Counted from the stretch's first letter, positions 51,789 through 60,693 are shown. The stretch is 64,000 nt of DNA from Patescibacteria group bacterium (GCA_041660605.1 JBAZWB010000001.1:9295-73294); one strand, 5' to 3'. Notes: generated by a model not told the origin, from the sequence alone. Program-made: numbers and translations.

Positions 51789-51988
51789 ATTATTTGAGGT
51801 TAATCCCTGTGGATAAGTCTGTCCACAAGAGTTTTTTAGTTAACTTAGAAAGTCTGCTTACGGGTTAATTCTAGCAAACTAATTAATTAATGTCAATATT
51901 CAATGACATTTTAGGTTAATAATATTTAATAAATTAATCCCTTTATCACAAGCGAGTATCACTTTTTAAATTCTATTGGCATTTACCG

Positions 51989-52017
51989 TTGACAAAAATA
52001 CTAAGTGGGTATATACT
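51989..52017 (+). promoter_or_regulatory. Near-consensus sigma70 promoter TTGACA-N17-TATACT with no ORF downstream
   Basis: TTGACA 51989-51994, TATACT 52012-52017. Confidence 0.5.
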
Positions 52018-52024
52018 GATTCGT

Positions 52025-52520
52025 TACGCTAAAAATTCGTTCTTTCGGAAGAAGCTCTTTTTCAAAAGCACTGAAGCCAAATGACTATGAAGCGTCATCA
52101 AACATTGGTGGCAATTCAAGCCGGCTTATCAGTCGAAAGTAGATCAGCTGTTTAATCAAGGGTTGATGCAAGTAATAGGAGAGAGACAGCCCTTGGCAAA
52201 GCAACCATTTATTTTCTGGCGATACTCGTCAGTGGCGCTCCCGGCGCTCGCAAACACCGCGAGACCAGGAGAACAGTGTTGAGTATCAAATGAGTGATGA
52301 GGAGGGAACTTTGACAATTGAATAAATGATATGCGCCGCCTTTCATAAGCATCGGGGCGGGCACCGGAGAGAGCACCTTCGCTTCATATTTATATGCGGC
52401 ATGGTGAAAGCGGCAGTGAAAACTGCTGAAGAGCTTAGAAAACTTTTAGAATTCATTAACATGAATATATACCAATAAAAGGGACTCTCTCATTAAATGA
52501 GCATGAGTCCCTTTTAGTTT
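52025..52520 (+). ncRNA. Candidate noncoding RNA of about 490 nt, family unidentified
   Basis: Strong promoter, no ORF above 50 codons, many local hairpins, ends at a bidirectional terminator (GGGACTCTCTCATTAAATGAGCATGAGTCCC then TTTT). Confidence 0.3.
52481..52520. terminator. Bidirectional rho-independent terminator
   Basis: Hairpin flanked by A-run and T-run on both strands. Confidence 0.5.
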
Positions 52521-52893
52521 GGTTTGGGCAAAGAGAGGAGAGAGAAGCAGTGAAGGCCTAATAGCAATATACAATATTCGAGGCCACATATCTGTCTCTT
52601 CTCTTTGCTCTTTTAGAAAGTAATTGTTCTTTTCCTCCTACGCGTAAACGCTATGGAGGACACAGTCAGTGTTTGAAGTTTTCCATTTGGAATTATTGGA
52701 TCGGCATAAACGACTTGCGCTTGTTGCAAGCGTCATGCGGGTCAACGAAGGAGAGAGGATAATGGAAAATTTTTAGCCAGACGGTTAGCCCGTTGTCGGG
52801 AATCCAAGATTTCCGGTTCGCGCAACAAGTTCGCGGATCGGGAGGACGGCAAACGAGACACAGACGCTAGCCCCAAGTGCGCCCCCACACCTT

Positions 52894-53166
52894 TTAGTCT
52901 TCGTGAATTGAGTGTTGGATACGTCGTTTCAATTGGCCCCACGCCTTCGCATGTTTCTTGAGCTGGCGTTCACGTTCGTACGCATCTTTTCTGGAAGCGT
53001 ACGCTTCATAGTAGATAATTTTCCACGGCCGAAACGAACGGGTATAGGTACTTTCGCCATTATTGTGCTGTATTAATCTTTGTTGCGGCTGTTTGGTGAA
53101 GCCAATGTACTTTTTACCCGGATATTTAACACTCTTTAATATGTACATAAAGTAATACATATACAT
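52894..53166 (-). CDS. Small GIY-YIG nuclease-domain protein (UPF0213/COG2827-like); alternative start at 53148
   Basis: YILKSVKYPGKKYIGFTKQPQQRLIQHNNGES...WKIIYYEAY...ERERQLKKH matches the GIY..YIG..R..H.N..E pattern. Confidence 0.7.
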   Translation of the reverse strand: MYMYYFMYILKSVKYPGKKYIGFTKQPQQRLIQHNNGESTYTRSFRPWKIIYYEAYASRKDAYERERQLKKHAKAWGQLKRRIQHSIHED

Positions 53167-53244
53167 ATTATATCATGGTAACTAAAAGGTGTGGGGTGCA
53201 GTTGGGAATAAACTCAACTGAAAAATCAAAAACAAAGTCCCGTC

Positions 53245-54660
53245 GTGGAAACACAGATGGGCGAGGAGAGGAAAATGTTTGTACGAGTTAGAATGTCCAG
53301 CGTCGCAGAGCCAGGAAAGCTCTGGACCGGCGATACGCCAGAGGATGGTGCTGTCGCTGAAGTTGAACTTGTCGAGTTGCACTGCGAATGCGGTGCGTCA
53401 ACCCGAAAGTTCAGAATTTCCAACGAGCTACCCGTGCAGCTTGTTGGCGAGGCAATTGATGTGAGTCAGTTGCCGATTGCCTACATCTCTTGCGGAGGTG
53501 TGGGATCGACCCGTGACTCCGTAGAGGCATTGGAGGCATGGAATTGGTCGGGTCGCGTCGGTGGCTCGGTCATAATTGATCCACTCGTTGTTCTCGAGGG
53601 ATATGTTTCTTGTCCTCCGCCTACGAAGAATGGATTCAAGTGGATATGCTTGTATAGTGGATCCACTTTGAACGGATTCGTCCTTGTCCGTTTGGATAAG
53701 AGTGGAAATCTCCACCCGGATCACTGTCCCCTCGTCCGTACGGTAGATCAGGCACGGGAATGCCCGCCTTGTAGGGAGAAACGCATTTCCGCGGCCTTGA
53801 ATGGTGTCGAGGAGATGTTCATCATTGAAACCGACGTCGAGTATCTTAAGGTCGGCGAAGGTGAAGAGCTCCCTGCTCACGCCGTTCGGGCATGGGCAGC
53901 TGCACCCACGTTGGAGGGGGCAAAGAAGGGAAAGATTTCTTTCCTCTATGAAGGTGGGGCAGGTGGCCGTCGTGGGCCGCAAGCCACCGGTCATCTTCAG
54001 GACTTATGTTGCCTGAGGGTGAAGATCAAAAATGGAAGAGTTTCACATCTTCTCTGGGTTATGAAATCCGGGGAGATGATAGAGGACACTCATTATGAGT
54101 TCATTGGTGAGTGCCAGATCGCTGGTATCAACCTTAAGGTTGGCCAGTGGTTTCCGGACTACCTAATACCAAAGGAGGCCGAAACTCCTTTGGTAGAATC
54201 GGACCCAGTACCCCTTTTCTTAAATGAGGAGCTAATTTCGCTCGCCAATAGAGCGAAAGACGTTTCTGGTGAGAGTGACTACGCTCTTGCTAACTCAATT
54301 TTTGCCTACCTTTTGGAAAAGTTTTTCCAGGAAGGCGAGAATTCAGGTCTCGAATTAGAGCTCGAAACACAGGACCTAGAAGGTCGTGGTCCGAGTGAGG
54401 TCTTCTATGACCTTCTGGTCGCCAGAGCGGGTGAGAGCACGCTCTGTATTCCGGTACCTTTGCTGGAAAGCAAGAGCGCCTTGACTGCAGCAAAAGCTGC
54501 AGCGAAGGTGTTTCGTCGGGAGCACGAGCGTGATTCTAGATCGGATCCGACCGAGATGAAAATTCTCTGGCAGGAAGTACTTGAAAAGGTGGGAAGAGAG
54601 GCTCTTGAGGCTTCCTTCTACCACCTGGTAGATAAGGTAGAAATACCTTTTCTCGAGTAG
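53245..54660 (+). CDS. Hypothetical protein A (471 aa), GC-rich, with Cys clusters (CECG...CPLV...CPPC)
   Basis: Coordinates taken from the track; GTG start; conserved leader AAACAAAGTCCCG.CG...GGGCGAGGAGAG; followed by the hairpin GGAGGTGACGTTTGCACAAACGCCACCTCC. Confidence 0.5.
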   Translation: METQMGEERKMFVRVRMSSVAEPGKLWTGDTPEDGAVAEVELVELHCECGASTRKFRISNELPVQLVGEAIDVSQLPIAYISCGGVGSTRDSVEALEAWNWSGRVGGSVIIDPLVVLEGYVSCPPPTKNGFKWICLYSGSTLNGFVLVRLDKSGNLHPDHCPLVRTVDQARECPPCREKRISAALNGVEEMFIIETDVEYLKVGEGEELPAHAVRAWAAAPTLEGAKKGKISFLYEGGAGGRRGPQATGHLQDLCCLRVKIKNGRVSHLLWVMKSGEMIEDTHYEFIGECQIAGINLKVGQWFPDYLIPKEAETPLVESDPVPLFLNEELISLANRAKDVSGESDYALANSIFAYLLEKFFQEGENSGLELELETQDLEGRGPSEVFYDLLVARAGESTLCIPVPLLESKSALTAAKAAAKVFRREHERDSRSDPTEMKILWQEVLEKVGREALEASFYHLVDKVEIPFLE

Positions 54661-54842
54661 TTCTTTTTGAAATCAACGCATTGCACATGTGCTTGGTTTC
54701 AGCAATCGGAGGTGACGTTTGCACAAACGCCACCTCCCTCTTTTCCAGTTCGTGAGTACACATTCTCGGACTGAAAAAGAAACCAAAACAGAAACAAAAA
54801 ACAAAGTCCCGACGGTTTTCACCGTACGGGCGAGGAGAGAGT

Positions 54843-55829
54843 ATGAGAACGAGTAGTAGAGGAAATGAGTCACAGCTAATCGAGGGCGCGAGAGTCATGG
54901 CGCCCTTTGATGAATCTATCTTCTCAGACATCATTTCAGCCGTTAAGGGTTGCCGGAGCTGGGAGTTACTGGCAACCGAAGGAATGTGGGGACGCAAAGG
55001 GTTTCTAGTCCTCGCCGGGCCTAGCAACGGCGTACAACTGTACGTAGAATGCGATCATATCCGACGGCCTGGGAGAACGACGGAGATGGTGTGGATTTGG
55101 GGTTGGGCACCAAACCCATTTTCACGGTTGGTAATGGTTGAACCCAATTGCCAGTCTGAAGCGGATTTGCTATCCATCCTTCGATGGGTCGCTAACCGTG
55201 CCGGGATCAGCACGGGGAAACTAATTGGAATTCGGGAAATTCCTGGGTTCCAGTCTGAGGAGAGTTTTCCTTTCCCCTGGCCCAGCGTCGGTGAGAAAGT
55301 GAACCACCAAGACGGCTGGTTCACTCGTTCCAAGATTGTATATCGGGTTGAAAAACCCGAATGGTTTGAAGGGGATGCTTTCCGTATCGCGGAAGGTATT
55401 TACATCACCTTCCCAGACGGTTCCTACCGCTTGGTCCAATCGGCTAAGGAGTTTTTCTCCTGGCCGGGGTGGTCGCTTGGTCCATCGATCCCGACGGATA
55501 TACCCGGCGTTATCTCGGGATATGGGGGGCCAACTCACCGGCAGGGCGACCTGATGGTGTGGCCGGCTCCCGGTGATCTAGGTGAGTGGGAAGGAGAATT
55601 GAGTTTCCGGGGCTTAACCCTGGATACTAGTCACTTTCTTTTGGTAGACGAAAGTCTGCCGGAGGGGAAGGGGTCGCTCGACCGTCATACGGTCGAAAGA
55701 AACGATGATGGTTCGGTGGTGATTACTCACCCCGAACACGCTACCGTGGAACTTCCGGCAGGGAAGTATATTATTGGGCTCTTGCCCGGTACTTCCCGGC
55801 CATTTAGCCGAGACAGGGATCTCGACTAA
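54843..55829 (+). CDS. Hypothetical protein B (328 aa), GC-rich, Trp/Gly/Pro-rich
   Basis: Same conserved 5' leader and the same 3' hairpin as gene A. Confidence 0.5.
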   Translation: MRTSSRGNESQLIEGARVMAPFDESIFSDIISAVKGCRSWELLATEGMWGRKGFLVLAGPSNGVQLYVECDHIRRPGRTTEMVWIWGWAPNPFSRLVMVEPNCQSEADLLSILRWVANRAGISTGKLIGIREIPGFQSEESFPFPWPSVGEKVNHQDGWFTRSKIVYRVEKPEWFEGDAFRIAEGIYITFPDGSYRLVQSAKEFFSWPGWSLGPSIPTDIPGVISGYGGPTHRQGDLMVWPAPGDLGEWEGELSFRGLTLDTSHFLLVDESLPEGKGSLDRHTVERNDDGSVVITHPEHATVELPAGKYIIGLLPGTSRPFSRDRDLD

Positions 55830-56167
55830 TATTGCACTAATGGAGGTGACGTTTGCACAAACGCCACCTCCTTCATTTCCAGCCTATCACCCTACGCTAA
55901 AGCTTCGGGTGGTTGTCTGAAAAAGAAATTTTGTCTCCCCGCACCGGATCAGGCGCTGCGTTTGTTCATTACATTACGAATAAGCGCGGCCTCCTCTCTC
56001 CAGCCTGGTCCGATGCGGGGAGGGAATTATTAAATAATAGCGGTTAGATGTCACAAACCGCGCCGTCGGAGATAGATTTTTTCCGCTGGTTTTTTATGTT
56101 ATAATGATTTTAGCGAATCTCTGTCTATGTACGGAGTTTCGTTAATTCATCTTTCATAGGAGGATAT

Positions 56168-56269
56168 ATGGAAGATTTACACGTACGTCCGCACCTTTAC
56201 GTTCGCCCACGTCCGCCATCTGTAGATATGATGAACGGTAATGTGAAGCTGAACGACGACGAGAACTGA
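56168..56269 (+). CDS. 33-aa Pro/Arg-rich peptide MEDLHVRPHLYVRPRPPSVDMMNGNVKLNDDEN (not in track)
   Basis: AGGAGGATAT RBS directly upstream, extended -10 TGTTATAAT at about 56128, own terminator GGAGTGCCAACCGGCACTCCTTTTTT. Confidence 0.4.
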   Translation: MEDLHVRPHLYVRPRPPSVDMMNGNVKLNDDEN

Positions 56270-56295
56270 GAACCACCCTGTTCTAACTTTCTCGT

Positions 56296-56322
56296 CAGAA
56301 TTTCTGGAGTGCCAACCGGCAC
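56296..56322 (+). terminator. Rho-independent terminator of the peptide gene
   Basis: GGAGTGCC-AACC-GGCACTCC followed by TTTTTT. Confidence 0.6.
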
Positions 56323-56376
56323 TCCTTTTTTAATATAAAAACAGCCATTTATTCATTTAATAATGAGTGTGACTTT

Positions 56377-57135
56377 CTATTCTTCAGGCAGGCTATTCCA
56401 AAGCGTCATAAAAATAAAACACAGTATCTGCGCCATTGCGGGATCCTCAATGAGTACTACCTTCAAGCTTTCCCCTTCTATGGACGCGATAGCAATGTTG
56501 TCCCCAAAAAGCTGGATACCCGCTGGAATGTTAATATTTTCTTTAAGGAAACGAAATTTTCGGTAGTTGCCTAATGTTTCGCTAAATCGCTTATGCGCAA
56601 GAATTCTACGATCGGTAATAGCGTACGCTGTTGTTGATTGTTTTATGCGTTTCAAAGTTAAACGGCGGTATACCTCTTCCGCTTTCATAATTGGGAAGAA
56701 TGTATCAAGCGACCCGAACCAGTAATTGTCTTTATTTTCTTTGATTAGCTTATCAATGATTGCACGAGCGCCCGCTTTTCCCTCATAGTACGTAACTTGT
56801 GTAGAGGGGGTTTTGTGCTTGATCGCCTGGGTGAGTGCAGGAATGAGCTTTTCAATTACATTTTTGTCCTGCACAATCTTTTCTTCTTCTTGGTTGAGAA
56901 ATTCTCGGAATGCTTCAGTCGGCGGTGTGGCGGTGATTAACTGTCGTTTACCTTTGATAATACGGGAAATCAATCCTCTTTTTTGCAACTTTTCAAGATA
57001 AAAATAAACCGTACTGCGCCTGATGCCCGTAAGGCGAGCCAAATTCGCCGGATTATTGGGCTCGTGCTGCAAACAGGCGAGGTAAATAGCTATTTCCTTC
57101 TCCTCTAAACCTAGCTTTTTTAGAAGTTTTTCCAT
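56377..57135 (-). CDS. TrmB-family HTH transcriptional regulator (paralogue 2)
   Basis: LGLEEKEIAIYLACLQHEPNNPANLARLTGIRRSTVYFYLEKLQKRGLI; C-terminus ILCFIFMTLWNSLPE parallels ILFNFLWSTLP of paralogue 1. Confidence 0.55.
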   Translation of the reverse strand: MEKLLKKLGLEEKEIAIYLACLQHEPNNPANLARLTGIRRSTVYFYLEKLQKRGLISRIIKGKRQLITATPPTEAFREFLNQEEEKIVQDKNVIEKLIPALTQAIKHKTPSTQVTYYEGKAGARAIIDKLIKENKDNYWFGSLDTFFPIMKAEEVYRRLTLKRIKQSTTAYAITDRRILAHKRFSETLGNYRKFRFLKENINIPAGIQLFGDNIAIASIEGESLKVVLIEDPAMAQILCFIFMTLWNSLPEE

Positions 57136-57366
57136 TTGAAGGGTTATTATCTTTTAAAGTGACGACATTTATTGACACTATTATTGTATCATTATTGGTT
57201 AAAAAATGCAATATTTCTGCTAAATTTTGATAAATTCAAAAAATTTGTATAATCTTAGTTGACATATATTTCGGATAACTTACACTGATATATTAAAACA
57301 AATAAAGAAATAGTTATTTGAAAACCAGCTTTTAATTGAGCTGCGACTTAAAACAAAGGAGTATCT

Positions 57367-57927
57367 GTGAGACATGCATCTGTTACCAGATCAAAAAGCA
57401 TGACCGTCAACGGTAGCGACCCCCGGTGGAGAACCATCAACGGAGATAGTTACCACTTCGTAAATGAAAGGCTTGATATTAAGGACTTTCCAATTTCTAA
57501 TCCCGTGAAGCGTGAAGTTGAGTATGAAGAAATCACATTCGACCGCTCAGTAACTACACAAGAAATCTTAGATACGATTAGGTCTCAAGATTTGTGGCAT
57601 CCCGAAAGGGATGAGGCCGAGACGTACTTCGATGCTCTTTCAAACTCCAAAAGGCAATTAGACGAGTCTCCCATCGTTGCTTTGTGTGGTACCTTTATTG
57701 GTGGGAATCATAGGTATGATCGTGGCGTCTCTTGCATTATTGCCAACAAGGATGGACGTAGCCTGAGCCTCTTTTATACTGGTAAGGCATGGGTCCAGAA
57801 GTGCCGTTTCCTTGTTGTTCATAAACGTACAGGCGTTAATAATGATATATATGACTCTCCCGAGGACGTCATACTCCAATGCTATATGCTGCCAGCGATC
57901 AAAGCGACCCTAGATTTAATTCGATAA
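57367..57927 (+). CDS. Hypothetical protein (186 aa)
   Basis: GTG start with AAGGAG 5 nt upstream; no motif recognised. Confidence 0.4.
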   Translation: MRHASVTRSKSMTVNGSDPRWRTINGDSYHFVNERLDIKDFPISNPVKREVEYEEITFDRSVTTQEILDTIRSQDLWHPERDEAETYFDALSNSKRQLDESPIVALCGTFIGGNHRYDRGVSCIIANKDGRSLSLFYTGKAWVQKCRFLVVHKRTGVNNDIYDSPEDVILQCYMLPAIKATLDLIR

Positions 57928-58064
57928 ACTTGATCTTTCAAACTCGCTATACTGAAAAAGGATTAGCGAGTTTTTTTATATAAAAAGCACAATTTTTTTT
58001 ATTTACAGCAGTGCAGTATCGTCACTTTTTAGTCCGCCGTTAATCTGATATAATAACGGTAATT

Positions 58065-58646
58065 ATGATCAGTCATTTAACGGGAAAAATCATTGCCAAG
58101 ACAGCCCGTTCTGTCGTACTTGATGTGAATTCAGTGGGCTACGAGGTAGCTGTCCTACCGATTTTATTGGAAAAAGCGAATAAGGGCGAAGAACTGTCTT
58201 TGTTCACTTATCTTTGCGTACGCGAAGATGCCATGGATTTATACGGCTTCAAAACCACGGAAGAAAAAAATTTCTTCCACGATTTGATCGGCGTTACCGG
58301 TATCGGGCCAAAATCCGCCATGACCGTTATGTCGCTGACTTCTTTGCGCGACCTGAAAAAAGCCATTGCCCACGGCGACGCCTCGTTGCTAACCAAGGTT
58401 TCCGGCATTGGCAAGAAAACTGCTGAACGCATTATATTGGAATTAAAAAACAAAGTAGAGATAAGTTTGGGCCAAGGCGAAGAGCTGGGAATGAGCAGCG
58501 CTGACAGCCAGGCCATAGACGGGCTGATCAGCCTGGGCTATACCGCCCGGGAAGCCCGGGAAGCGCTTCAGCAAGTGGATAAGAAAATCACGGAAGCCAA
58601 AGACCGGATAAAGGCTGCCCTGAAATTGCTTGGGAAGAATAAATAG
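58065..58646 (+). CDS. ruvA: Holliday junction branch-migration complex subunit RuvA
   Basis: MISHLTGKII...VLDVNSVGYEV N-terminus, HhH motifs (GIGPKSAM, VSGIGKKTAERI), C-terminal domain III. Confidence 0.85.
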   Translation: MISHLTGKIIAKTARSVVLDVNSVGYEVAVLPILLEKANKGEELSLFTYLCVREDAMDLYGFKTTEEKNFFHDLIGVTGIGPKSAMTVMSLTSLRDLKKAIAHGDASLLTKVSGIGKKTAERIILELKNKVEISLGQGEELGMSSADSQAIDGLISLGYTAREAREALQQVDKKITEAKDRIKAALKLLGKNK

Positions 58647-58746
58647 TATTTGGCTTTTGGCCTATAGCATATGGTTTGATATTGTACTGGCCATAAACTA
58701 TTTGCCAAAGGCTATATGCTATGGGCATTAAGCAGTCATATAAACC

Positions 58747-59772
58747 ATGGAATTTAAAGAGATAAAAAGTCAGAAAGAATTAAATACCTTTATCGGCTCG
58801 CAAACACGAGCCCAATTTTTACAATCCTGGGGATGGGGAGAATTCCAAGTGGGGTTAGGCAGGCAAATCTGGCGTTTGGGAGTTTTAGAGAACGAAAAAA
58901 TAATAGGTAGCGCCTTAATAGTCAGGCAGCCTTTGCCGTTCGGTAAGTGCTATTTGTATTGTCCGCGCGGCCCGGTAGTTGACGGGCAGCTGCCCGTGGA
59001 TAAGCATCTGGCGGTTTTGAAAACTTTGGCGTCGGACATCGTCGGCCGCGCGGCCCGGTCAGGCGCCATGTTCGTTAAGCTTGAACCACCCTTGGTAAAA
59101 ATTCACCGGCGGGCATTTGATGATTTATTAAGGGAATTTAATTATCGTGAAGCCGGTTTTGTGCAGCCGCGTGACAGCTGGTATCTGGATTTGTCGAAAA
59201 GCGAAGAGGAATTGATCCAAGCCATGCACCAGAAGACCAGGTACAATATCCGTTTAGCTGAAAAAAAAGATGTGCACGTGAGGGTTTCAAATAATCCAAA
59301 AGACTTTGAAATATTTTGGCAGCTGAATAAAATGACCAGTGAGCGTGACCAGTTCCAGACGCACAGCCAGGATTATTATCAAAAAATGCTGGAAACCTTG
59401 CTGCCGGCTGGTTTTCAGAAAATTTTTATCGCGGAATATGAGGGAAAATCTATTGCCGCTAATATTGTAGTTTTTTACGGCGACACGGCCACCTATTTGC
59501 ATGGCGCTTCGGCTGACGAATACCGCAATGTCATGGCGCCGCATTTATTGCAATGGCGGCAAATCCAGGAGGCGAAAAAGCTGGGCTTGCGGTACTACGA
59601 TTTTTGGGGCGTGGCGCCCGAGGGTTCAATCAAGGAAAAAGCCTGGGCCGGCATCACGCGTTTCAAGAAAGGGTTCGGCGGAACGGGCGTTTCTTATCTT
59701 GGCGCTTTTGATTTGATATTAAACAAATTCTGGTATAAGCTTTATAAAATTGGACAGAAAATTAAAAGCTAG
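58747..59772 (+). CDS. FemAB-family peptidoglycan branch aminoacyltransferase-like protein
   Basis: FLQSWGWGEF N-terminal motif and overall FemX-like layout (341 aa). Confidence 0.65.
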   Translation: MEFKEIKSQKELNTFIGSQTRAQFLQSWGWGEFQVGLGRQIWRLGVLENEKIIGSALIVRQPLPFGKCYLYCPRGPVVDGQLPVDKHLAVLKTLASDIVGRAARSGAMFVKLEPPLVKIHRRAFDDLLREFNYREAGFVQPRDSWYLDLSKSEEELIQAMHQKTRYNIRLAEKKDVHVRVSNNPKDFEIFWQLNKMTSERDQFQTHSQDYYQKMLETLLPAGFQKIFIAEYEGKSIAANIVVFYGDTATYLHGASADEYRNVMAPHLLQWRQIQEAKKLGLRYYDFWGVAPEGSIKEKAWAGITRFKKGFGGTGVSYLGAFDLILNKFWYKLYKIGQKIKS

Positions 59773-59775
59773 ATC

Positions 59776-60549
59776 ATGTCTATTATCGAAAATACAAGCA
59801 TAATTATTTTAGCAGCCGGCAAGGGGACGCGCCTGAACGGCGGCCAGCCGTCTGCCATGCCCAAGGTGATGTATGAAATTTGCGGCCGGCCGATGCTGGC
59901 CTATATTTTGGAGACGCTTGATTCCATGGGCTTTTCGGATATCACCATTGTGGTCGGTTATCAGTCAGAAAAAATAAAAGAATATTTCGGAGATAAATAT
60001 AAGTACGCCCAGCAAACTGAGCAAAGAGGCACCGGGCATGCGGTGATGTGCGCCTTGCCGATGGCAGATCCGGCCAAAGAGAATATATTGGTCATACAGG
60101 GCGATGATTCGGCATTTTATCAGCCGCAAACCCTGCAGGATTTGATAAAGTTACGCACGGAAAGCGGTTCGGTTATAAGTTTGCTGACATTAAAACATCC
60201 ACAGCCAGGAGAGCTTGGGCGCATTATCCGTGATCAGTCGGGAAATGTCATGGCCATTAAAGAAAAAGAAGTTTTAAGTGACGAAGAAAAGAAGATTGAC
60301 GAAATCAATGCCGCGGCTTATTGTTTTAGCGCGAAATGGCTGAGGGAGAATATACAGAATCTTAAGCCCTCAGCGACCGGCAAAGGGGAGTTGATCTTGC
60401 CTGACCTCATTCATCTGGCCGTTGAGCAGAAACTGGCGGTCAGGCCGCACATGATTTCCAATCTTGACGAGTGGGTGGGCGTCAATACCGCGCATCAGTT
60501 AGATATTGCCAATGAAATAATGGGCCGGCGTTTGAAAGAGGTAAAATAG
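59776..60549 (+). CDS. Sugar-phosphate nucleotidyltransferase (GlmU N-terminal domain-like)
   Basis: IIILAAGKGTRL..PKVM...GRPML signature, GTGHAV. Confidence 0.7.
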   Translation: MSIIENTSIIILAAGKGTRLNGGQPSAMPKVMYEICGRPMLAYILETLDSMGFSDITIVVGYQSEKIKEYFGDKYKYAQQTEQRGTGHAVMCALPMADPAKENILVIQGDDSAFYQPQTLQDLIKLRTESGSVISLLTLKHPQPGELGRIIRDQSGNVMAIKEKEVLSDEEKKIDEINAAAYCFSAKWLRENIQNLKPSATGKGELILPDLIHLAVEQKLAVRPHMISNLDEWVGVNTAHQLDIANEIMGRRLKEVK

Positions 60550-60693
60550 GAAATATCCTCCACAGTCGGATTTGTCACTGCAGTACCCCGCACAAACTCG
60601 CGCCCTCATCGTTTTTTCACTTGCCTGCGCCCATAGTTTCCGCCAAAGTCGGATCAGCCTCTGGCTGACAATGGATACCCAGTCCCATCTTAC

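Noticed and set aside
52050-52100. TTCGGAAGAAGC ... GAAGCCAAATGAC resembles SRP (4.5S) RNA helix-8 motifs
   Set aside because: The symmetric loop consensus (AGGUCAGG / AGCAGCC) is not present in register. Only fragments match.
52105-52140. AAGCCGGCTTATCAGTC resembles the universally conserved RNase P RNA CR-V/P4 strand (ACAGAACCCGGCTTATCGGTC)
   Set aside because: The ACAGAA part is not conserved, no CR-I (GGAAAGTCCGGGCT) partner is present on either strand, and the position, about 100 nt after the transcription start, is wrong for a 3'-terminal element. The core AAGCCGGCTT is itself a palindrome, so a chance match is likely.
53244-53247. Exact start coordinate of gene A
   Set aside because: By my own position counting the GTG start falls at 53244, but the track frame implies 53245. 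There is a 1-nt counting ambiguity somewhere between 53.2 and 54.6 kb, so I kept the track coordinates.
53428-53994. 188-aa minus-strand ORF (and several others antisense to genes A and B, purD, polA, tkt)
   Set aside because: These are antisense reading frames inside GC-rich genes. High-GC coding DNA yields long spurious antisense ORFs. No RBS or independent signals.
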